NCBI GenBank assembly: GCA_977030845.1
Contig: OZ365118.1
Location: 8,370,001-8,434,000, forward strand
From: Fimbriosthenelais zetlandica
Taxonomy: Eukaryota
Direction of reading: 5' to 3'
DNA length: 64,000 bases
The notes under the pieces were generated by a model. The model was not told where the DNA came from and made no database searches. It saw only the letters and a program-made list of their open reading frames with translations. Positions 54,518 to 64,000 of the stretch are shown here, piece after piece; the first letter of the stretch is position 1, and each line of letters begins with the position of its first letter. The position numbers were made by a program, and so were the translations under genes.

Positions 54518-57500
54518 TTAGAATGATATTAGAAGTGGTACCGGTTTGACCACATTCTCGGGTACGGTTGGCATATCGTCTATTGTCGGAGCTTCTGGCT
54601 TTTGGATTTCTGGGAAAACTTCGTATAAAAATACTTCCAAAAGTTCCTGAAAAAAACAACGTTTTAAACAAATTTATCTATAAATTAGCAACATTTTCTT
54701 CAGTTCAATTTGCACCAGATATATATCCCTCATAGAGGGTTCCCGCGCGTCACTACAAAGTAAAATTTGGTTGTGGTAAATTTAAGGCATTAAAAATGTT
54801 AAATTTCTGCAATTGGGTTTAAAAGATCTTTTATCATCCGCAGGAACACTGTTCTAGTTTACCTTGAGAAGGCGAGTGAGAGAAATTTGTCAAAATCTAT
54901 TTCCACTATTTAAAATATAAATTTCAGTGCAGCGATAATATTAAATCCAAGAATTCTACTCACATAGAAGAGTGCCTTATTGAGCTTGATGTCTTGTAAA
55001 GATTCAAATATTTTAACAGTACCTCGCCGAGTGTTTTCTTCCCCAAACAAGTTTTTTAATGGGTCTGGAAGGAAAATAATTAAATTCGAGGATTAATATG
55101 CACACAAATATTTATCATATTAGTCCGTATATTATATTATTTAAACTGAAATTTATATAATGCATAACAAATTAATATTTATTAAATCAAATAATTAAAA
55201 AGTATTAAATAATTGTTGTAAAAATGGCCCTATTTACCTCTGCCCACCAGGAGTTGTAGAAACTTCTCTTTAGCTACAAGTCTGGTCCGGAGTTTAGTAG
55301 CCTCGCTTCGCTCCGGCCATCCTGGGCTTAGCTCCCCATCAGGCCAGTAGGCCTCCTTAAACTGAGAGATGTAATAGAGCAGCATGGGCTCAGATATGAT
55401 CCACGACACCACGTCCCGTAGCTGTCTAAAAACAGGCAGACATATTATTAATTATCTACACTTGGATATTTCTTCTGTTAAGCCATACAGTGTACCTATT
55501 CTAGTCTAAATGGGCTTAGGACTAAACCAAATAGTGGCAAAACATTACAATTACATGAAATGGGGCAAATTAAATCTTTAAACAAAACCGCATCACTGCA
55601 CTACTTTGGCCAGGTGCTGGTGACGCTAAACACAACATTTATTTTCTTTGGCCTAATACCTGGTATGGTTCTTACCTATTTATTGACCGACCGAACGAGA
55701 CTTTAACGAAGATCATTAAGGTCCTCCTCAACCATTTAAACATGCCTCTTAACTCAAACACTTCATTGAGCAGCATGTAGAGGGGTTTGGCTATAGAGTC
55801 CCTCACTCTCTCCTCCTTCACACTGAGGGAAATGGAACAAAACAAGTTCATCAGAAAATTATTAGAACTAGCGGCCGTCTGTTCCCAAAGGGGGCGCAGG
55901 TAAAAGTATAATAAATTCATACAAATTATTTAAATCAAGGGGATTTCTGAACGAATTATGAATTTTATCAAGGGAAATAATCATTTTGTGGGGAATAATC
56001 CCTTCATTAGACTATAGACGTTGGGTTTGGTCTCAATGTTAAAAAGATGTTCACATACATGTACATTTATTTTTCATAAAGTTGTGCCAATACTAATTTC
56101 ACTTACCCATCAGCGTCCACAAATATGAACTCATCGTCACTGTCACTGTCTTGATTTTGATTGGATATGCTGAAAGATACACAAAATTAAATATTGAAAA
56201 TTGATAGCTAAAATCAATATTCGAAAGAGACTTGCCAGAGTCTCTAATTTTTTTTTTTTTAAATGATGTGTAGCTAAAATTGGTCACCCTCCCCTTTATT
56301 GTATATGTCATACATTTCCTTGATAATTGGTTATATGTTATAAATTAAAACAAACACTGGATGACAGCTATTTATAGTATAAATTAGAATGTTTCTGACC
56401 CTCTGATGAGGCTAGCCACAGAGAATCTGGCCTTCTTCAGAGGTTGTGGGGCGAACTTGAGATGTTCAGGACTGGGGCTGAAAAAGGCAAATGTCGACTC
56501 ATTCTGCGCTGCGCGTTCGTCACTCAATAATGCCTAGAAAAATAATGGAAAACACATATTTAAGTTTTGGGCCTATCTAGCATGGCATGGCATTTTCCCG
56601 ACACTTGTGGGAAATTTTACGAAAAATGATACATTTCATCAAGTTCATAATATCATATCATATTATATCATTTTAAGTTGAACATTAATGAAGAATTAAG
56701 GGGCAATTCACCTCAAGATATTCTTGTAGTTGTTTCGTTGCTTTGTCTAAAAATTCCTTATCAATCGATCGGAACCGTAGTTTGCCAACCGAAGGTAATT
56801 GGAACTTCTTATATTCAGGGAATATCTATAAGAAAAGGAATAATTAAACGTGTATGTATATGCATTTTAAATAATTTCAAAGAGCTTTTTAAGGAAGGGG
56901 GAGAGGGACAGAGAGAAAGAGAGAGAGAGGGGGTAGGGGGGCGGATGACTGAGAGGAAGAGAGGGGGGCAGAGAGACAGGAATATGAAAGGGAAGAATAG
57001 AATTAAGAAATGACAAGTCAAAATGATTAAAAATTAAATAAAGTTTAAGTTATATACATAGCATTATTTGACCTGTTTGAGTTGAGAGTGTAAAGCGTGG
57101 AACTCAGAGAGCTTCCTAGAGACGACCCAGCCCTGCGTGTGCTCCCTGGGGTTGATGTTTCCCTCCAGATGGACCAAAATCACAAAGTACGGAACCATTC
57201 CAGTCTCATCAGGCACCACCTGATACACAAAATATTTTATTATTCCATTCGATATTCTTTTTCAACATATGGATCCATCCATTTAAAATGCAAACCAAAC
57301 TGTCTCAGAAGCATGTAGGCATGCATATGCCGCGAAATTATATTGAACCATTATGATAGATTTGAACATTCAAACTGCAGTAAATATTGAACTTTTTGGA
57401 TGTAACTTTTAAAAAACAGAAATAAACATGACTGCATTTGAAGCAATTTCATTTGCTTATTTATCAACTGTAACCAATTTTGATTAATTTTAATAAAGAA

Positions 57501-60500
57501 CTTCCCACCCTTACCTCAGCATTATAAATATTAGCTTTCCATTTTCCCAGTTTCTCCACCCACACTTCTGTCCTGTCTATATGGAACTCAAGCTGCCGTC
57601 TCTCCGTCCTCAAAATCTCTATCTCTGCTTCAATGCCTTCTTGTAATTGTAGAGCCTGACAATGTAATCAGACAATAGATTATTGGTTTTTAGTTTCTAA
57701 CATTTAAATATTATTTTATATTGTCTAAATAATAATTTATTTATTTTTTTGCCAATTGCTAATCTCTATAAAATTTCATGACTGAAATCCCCAAGATATT
57801 TCAACTGCGGTATTTTAAAAGGCAAGCGACTATTGTATAGAACTTTTAAATTTTACCATATTAAATTTGCAAAAAACTTGTAACAATGACAATAGACTAA
57901 GATGACATTGCAGTCTTACGCCGAAGGCTTTTTAATGAAATATTAATTTCAGTCAAAATTGGTTGGGACCATGAACTGCCTCATAATATCAAATTCACCG
58001 GTAATGTTCAGATAACAGCTTACCCTCTTGTCAGTCTTTTTGGAATGTTTGAGAGCTTGCAGAGCCAGACTCTTGTTGGCTATTTTATCATCCAGGGCTC
58101 TCAGCTTCTGAAGGGCATATGTGGAATGTTCTGCTATCTTATAGACACTGTCTTCTTTCTCAGGCGTTTTGGGCGACCTCTGGACATCTTTCTCATCTCC
58201 TAAAGTTAAAATACAAACCAATATCCAAATAAACAAAAAGGGGGAAAGGGGACAAATGTTATAAAAATAAATTAATAAATAAAATTAGATTAAAAAGTCT
58301 GGGTACCTTTGTCCTCTAGCTGGGCGTCCGTCTCGTCATGGATGTATTTGTGGTAGATGTCACTGATGATGTAAGATGGATAAAACTTCTCTTCTAAAGT
58401 TTTCTTCATCTCGTCCTGAGCATCATAAAATGACTCGGGCCCCTACAATATTATAGTTGAATCAATATAATTATATAATAAATAGGATTCATATTATTGC
58501 CATTATTCACATCATTATTGCCTCTGATGGATCTATTCCTGTATATAGATGATATAAATGTCTCACCGTATTGCCCATCATGCCTCTGATGAATCTATTC
58601 CTGTATATAGATGATATAAATGTCTCACCGTATTGCCCATCATGCCTCTGATGGATCTATTCCTGTATAGAGATGATATAAATGTCTCACCGTATTGCCC
58701 ATCATGCCTCTGATGGATCTATTCCTGTATAGATGATATAAATGTCTCACCGTATTGCCCATCATGAAGGCCTCCATGCCTCTGATGGTAGTTTTGTCCA
58801 GCCTGCTCCTCACCAGTGAGGTGGGGTGAGCTATAAACATCTGATATGTGTCGCTACCCAGCTGGTGGAGGTGACGATGTGAAGAGTGTCTCATCTCCTC
58901 CACACTCACCCAGAACCTGCGGTTTACAGAAATAAAAATAATAATGTTTTTATATAGCGCTTTTTCAAAGGAGCTCAAAGTGCATAAAATATAAATCAAA
59001 TAATTGCTTTCTGCTTTATATTATTCAATGGGAACAGTGGGTGTTAATTTTAGGTTTTCGCCATTCTGTACTCCTATAACATGGTTTCATAATTAGACAT
59101 TTTTACAAGTATTCTGACCTGAGAATGGCGTCATTGTTGCCACGTTGTAAGTACTTCAGGAAGTGCTTTCTGGCCGGCTCGTTCTCCATAATTACATCAA
59201 ATGATAGCACCTTAAAATACATGTATGTTTCACTTTAATTTGGTCATATCATGCATTTTTCCTACATTCAGTAAGGAATTCATTCTTATAATTTTATTTT
59301 TTATGTGGTTTAATAAGAATTTCTTTTGTGAAACTTTGTATATGGGAGCTGGATTCACCCATAACATGGCTGTATAAAAACTCAAACTAAAATAGAAATA
59401 CTGTATAACTGAAATCAGTACCTTCCTGCCTGGTACTTTCTCCTGCTCCTCTCGCCTCGAGTCAGAAGTATATGATTTATAATCAGGACCGCCTAGTAAA
59501 TAAATCCTCTTCTCACAGTGGTTCTTAGCTACCGTCAACTGTAAATAAATATTATTAATGATTGATAAAATACTGACATGTACTCAGTAAAGTGACTCAT
59601 AAGAAGCCTATGAAAAGTGTGGTGTGATAAAAAAAATATGCAGGTGTGTCCCTGTCACATGGTGCCCTGCCATATTGTACAGAGACATTATAGACTTTTT
59701 ATGATGAATTTTATAGGCCTTTTTTTTATGAAAAGTTCTATTCTGCAAGATTAGTTTTAATGGACATACCAAGGATCGTAGAGTACACTGAATAGAGTAC
59801 CCTTGGACATACTAAAAATCTGAGATCATTTACCTGATTGATGTATCTGGTCAGGTTGCGAGCTCGAAGGAGATCCCCCTTTGTTGTTCCCTTGGGCGAG
59901 GACTCTCTGTCTGTAAAAAAGTTCTGACTTTTATTAATTGTAATTACTGTATGGTTGTTTTATGTAACTTTCAACTAATTTTTCAGTTATATCATGACGG
60001 TGCCTACTTGTGACAGTGAGCCCTATGCTCTTTTATAGTGCTGCCTCACTGAGGTATCATGTCGCAGGCACATGCCATGATATCTCACCCAGTCATATTA
60101 TCCTGACACTAGGCCGATCAGTCCTAGTACTTATTGACGAGTGCTAAGCGAGGGCCGCGGTTCCAACCAGCGACCGTCCACTCAGAGGGCAAACACTCTA
60201 ACCACTACACCGTCCTGGCGGTCATTTTCTGACTTTCTCAAGCACATCTTATGAAAATATCTTTGAATATGAACAATCGATTTCCGAGGAGGTATTAAAG
60301 CTAATATGACAAATATTGTTATTGTCAATGCTGAAATATCCTAACAAGTCTAAGAACTGATCATCGACCTACCTGTATCCTGACCCCGAGCTCTCTTCAG
60401 GTTTTGTATTGTAGTAGCTTGCATGATTTCGGATATAATATTAAATCTGAAAATCACAACATACACAAAATATCAGCCCCCGACTTCTTAAATGGTGACC

Positions 60501-63052
60501 CAAATCACTTCTAACATATTATTCACGATACTTTTCAAAAATATAAATATAAGCCAAAAGGACAAAATTATTTGAGGACGAGAAACTTTCATCAGTATTC
60601 TTCTGAATGAGAATCTATTTATACATTTTAGATGAAAGATGGATTTCAGAAATCAGAATAACAGTTTTGTCTTCCCTTGAAAAATATGCCAATTTCTACA
60701 AAATTAATACCAATATATAAGATACAAAAGAGCAAGATTTTAAACCTCATTTCTTGTAGATGCCTTATATTGTCACAGATCTCTATCATTCGCATGAAGT
60801 CCTCGTAGCTGGCAGCGTAAGCGTAGGTCCGCTTGTGTTCTATGGTGATCTGTTCTCGGTACAGTAACCAGCCACTCAGCTTCTGATTAATGTAGTCAGG
60901 GTCACAGATGATATCCACGGCCGGCTGAAATACTGAAATATTACATCATGTTAGAAAATAATATAATATTACCCTAGGAAATATATATTATGTTTGGGGT
61001 TCAAATAGGACCATCTATTATATATTTTTCATTTATTAATCAGGAAGTGTCTTTGACTAGTCAGACTGTACTAGTCAGAAAAAAAGTTCTAAATAATAAA
61101 AAAAAAAAATCATAAAAACATTCAGAAAGATCAGTCTATTTTAATCGAAGCATCGGAGAAATTTCCCCCAAACGAAAAGATCACTCTCGAGAAGCAGTAT
61201 GCGTTAAAAATATGTTTTGACATGTAGTCTATATTTTTCCCGCACTGCTTCAAAAAGCGAATATGACAGTTAAGTGGGGAGGTGTAAAACGAGGAAGGGC
61301 CAAGCAGTCCCTATATATAACGACCAAACAAAATAATTTTTGAGTACTAATTGACTTCTTGAGTACTAATTTACCGCTGATAATACCGGTATATAGGAAA
61401 AAAGATTTCTTTTCTTTTCGCATATAGGAAAGTGTTTTGTTTCATCTGTTACCTTTACAAGCCAGTATCTCTGTGAGGAGGTGACGGGCTGGGGAACACT
61501 TGACATAGTTGTCAGGTAGAAGATGTAGACAGAAAACAGACGCCACCTTCCTTAGGTACTCCAACTCACGGCTCTCACTGGTCAACCATGGCGGCAAGAT
61601 GAACTTACACTTCTGATCCTCTTCTTCTAACCTTAAACGTTAATATTTATTTCATATTATATTTGTAAAAATTGTTAATATATTAATCATAATTAATCAT
61701 TATAATGTAAAGTAAATGAAAGTAGTTGTACTTTCTAAGTATGGACAAAACTCTCATTCGTGAAAGTAAATAAAACTGTTATTGACATTACAATCATAGA
61801 ATAAATTAAAATATTCGATAGGCCTACATACATATATATCAAAAACATAATTTACTATAGCCTACGGAATTAAAGATGAATATTAGAAAAATATAATATT
61901 TATGAATTTACAGATATTTTTATATTAATTTTCATGATGTCATGAGTACTTTGCCTTAAAATACTTTGGGACTTACTTGGAATTGGCAAGGCGGATATTT
62001 TGGAAATGTTTGTAGACCAATGTTGTGACGTCTTGGGTGACGAATCGGACGTGCTCTATACGACTCAGTCTGTCACAGAACTTCTCCAAGGCATACCACA
62101 CTTCATCACTTGAAATCAAAACAAATGAAATATTGAAAAGCAATTATGTCATGCAATAATTATGAAATAATATTTCACTCGATTGTGATTTTAATTATGA
62201 TATAATAATAATTGATATACCGGTAATTAACATCCGGATGAATTTACTTACTGAAATTAATTTTCCATTTCTTTAACTTATTCTGTCTTTTTGTTTTATT
62301 TCTTGAAAATTTATTGTTAAATAATTAAATTAGTAGACTTACTGTAGTAAAGTTTTGAACCTTTCCCTGTCCTGCCCTAGATCATCGTACCAGGACATGA
62401 TGTAATCCCGTGTGACGTAATCCATGATCTCCTGTACCAACAAATCCAGGTTTTTGGACATCACCACCTTCCTCGTCTTTGGCTTGAACGAAGATCTCTT
62501 CTCCTAAAAGAAGGAAAATAATACATTTATAAACGTCCATGAAGGTATTTTTTAATTCATAACATTAAAAATGACATTTTCTCATGTTATGGTTTTTCAA
62601 AAATGTTTCTACTGAAGTTTCACAAGATATGAATGTGACTTTACTTTACCATACTGATTTATTTATTTAAGATTTCGTCTACGGTACTATCTCCTATTTA
62701 GGGTTTACTTCATTGATCAGTTCTACAATATTTCAGAAATATCTATTTTCAGCAGCAATTTCTCCCTAAAAGTGTATATAAATTAATGGGGAAAAAAGAG
62801 GCATTTCACCATCATTTTAATGAAGAGGTCGTTGACGGTGCTTGATTTTCTTTTGGGTGTAGATGGGGAATATCGTTTGCCGGACGACAGAACCATCCCG
62901 AAGCCAACAGCCACGGCAGCAACGCCATAAAACATGACGGAGACTGTTTTAATCAAGGGTAGAAGCCATCCACTGGCCAGGAGGACAGCAAAAAGTACCA
63001 CTCCACATGTGACTATGTGTATACGCCTATTCCTCATTATTAACCCATCCAT
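54518..63052 (-). CDS. SNX25: Sorting nexin 25 (TM-PXA-RGS-PX-PXC); exons 62810-63052, 62343-62503, 61977-62108, 61453-61626, 60746-60932, 60373-60446, 59834-59910, 59422-59538, 59119-59210, 58751-58916, 58307-58442, 58024-58199, 57515-57655, 57073-57219, 56712-56825, 56400-56533, 56107-56169, 55676-55822, 55238-55425, 54964-55064, 54518-54646
   Basis: N-terminal hydrophobic helices, PXA VTRDYIMSWY, the SNX25-typical HKRTYAYAASYEDF, DLLRARNLTRYINQLTVAKNHCEKRIYLLGGP, RGS FWVSVEE...FYPSYIISDIY, PX WVVSRKLSEFHALH, PXC IAKPLYMLLNEVFELRGMFKWLRR. Phases are consistent. Confidence 0.9.
58519..58766. repeat. 60-62-bp tandem repeat spanning an SNX25 exon/intron donor
   Basis: The minus-strand unit ATGATGGGCAATACG|GTGAGACATTTATATCATCTAT...GGAATAGAT(C/T)CATCAGAGGC gives donor copies after 58751, 58691, 58629 and 58567. 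Confidence 0.92.
59953..60223 (-). mobile_element. Near full-length tRNA-derived SINE
   Basis: Minus strand: GACCGCCAGGACGGTGTAGTGGTTAGAGTG (A box), GGTTGGAACC (B box-like), core GTCAGGATAATATGACTGGGTG...CTCAGTGAGGCAGCACTATAAAAG, and tail. Confidence 0.85.
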
Positions 63053-63443
63053 GGTTATAGGGCTGGTTTATTTCTGAAATGTAAGAATGTGAAATAACAA
63101 AAGTAGACCATTGTGGTAGGCCTACCAGGTACCGTATGCTAATAAACTTTTAAACTGTTAAAAAATTATGTAGGAAATTGGGCCTAATATATTGGGCCTT
63201 AATTAAAATTTATTTCTAAAAAAAACCAACACAATTTCTTGAGCCAATTGGAGGCAACGTAATGGGCAGGTAACCCCTGAGTAGGAGCTATAACAAATTA
63301 TATAGTTTATAGGCGGATCCTGAATTTAATAGGTCTATATAGCCTATGGCCGTATGGGAAATAATAGGAGTATTAGGACAGGGTCAGGGGACCCTGCAGG
63401 CTGCACTGGCTGCAGACCTAGCAATACATCGGCTAATACTCAC

Positions 63444-63700
63444 TTCACAGGAGGTTTTTGGTCTGATCGAAGTAAAATAACAGCAATCCTGAAGTACATT
63501 TTCACAAAACCATTCCTTTCCCTCACTCTGTCAAGATGTCAACAGATAGAAACCAATATTTCACGGGAAGTTCTCTCTGATGACACTCTGATAACACGGT
63601 TTGTATGTATGAGCGATAATAGGGAGTCACGCCCACTAAAGACTCCTGCTTACTTACTTCCGGTCATGAGACACTCATCGATTTTCTCACTTGGTGTCAG
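63444..63700 (-). other. Probable non-coding first exon / promoter region of SNX25
   Basis: Minus-strand donor GAA|GTGAGT at 63443, ETS-type CCGGAAGT near 63655-63662, no long minus-strand ORF. Confidence 0.4.
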
Positions 63701-64000
63701 CACTGCGCCGTCTCGGCAACACTCATGAGCGTTCACGATCAGAGAAGTGCCACGAGGACGCTCTAATCAAAATTTAATTGGGGCATATCGAATGCAGGGT
63801 TTTATTGACCGTGGCATGGACATAGGCTAGGCCCAACTAACCTAGGCCTAATTAGGCCTAAAGCTAGGCTTAGGCCTAGGCCTGCTATAGGCCTAATAGG
63901 GCTCCTCCACTAGGACAGTCTAGGTGCGAACTGCTTGCGAATGTGTGCGATGGTTTTTGCCTGCGAATGCTTGCGAATATCGCCTGTCCATCGCAAGCAT

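Noticed and set aside
58519-58766. CRISPR-like 60-bp periodic repeat
   Set aside because: The units are near-identical over their full length, so it is a tandem duplication of an exon-intron junction.
63354-63728. 124-aa plus-strand ORF
   Set aside because: No recognisable homology or splice context. It overlaps the probable SNX25 5' exon/promoter.
63925-64000. Repeated GCGAAT/TTGCGA motifs with a short inverted repeat at the window edge
   Set aside because: It is probably the start of a foldback element but is truncated by the window, so it cannot be classified.

Overview
Eukaryotic (animal) genomic DNA, AT-rich and intron-containing, with no prokaryotic features. The SINE/MITE content suggests a marine invertebrate, possibly a mollusc (inference). 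I reconstructed nine spliced genes by hand from GT-AG junctions and reading-frame phase: SPATA5/AFG2A (3' part, +), SLC10A7 (-), SUMO (+), Sfmbt/MBTD1-L3MBTL2-like (-), WBP4 (+), GATB (-), FBXW7 (+), NME/NDPK (+) and SNX25 (-). Three pairs are head-to-head and four are tail-to-tail. Introns carry a tRNA-derived SINE family, several MITE families, and mini/microsatellites. The main finding is that the FBXW7 ORF splices in frame to two upstream exons encoding a ComEA/EEPD1-type double helix-hairpin-helix DNA-binding domain, giving an SCF ubiquitin-ligase receptor with its own putative DNA-binding module. Other findings: an NME3-like membrane-anchor extension behind a weak upstream AUG in NME, a duplicated MBT-repeat tail exon in Sfmbt, several tandem duplications that copy splice junctions, strong promoter-proximal clustering of TAGGCCTA, and gene linkages shared with human. 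Gene identities rest on recognition of sequence from memory, not on database searches. Exon coordinates were counted by hand and may be off by a base or two.
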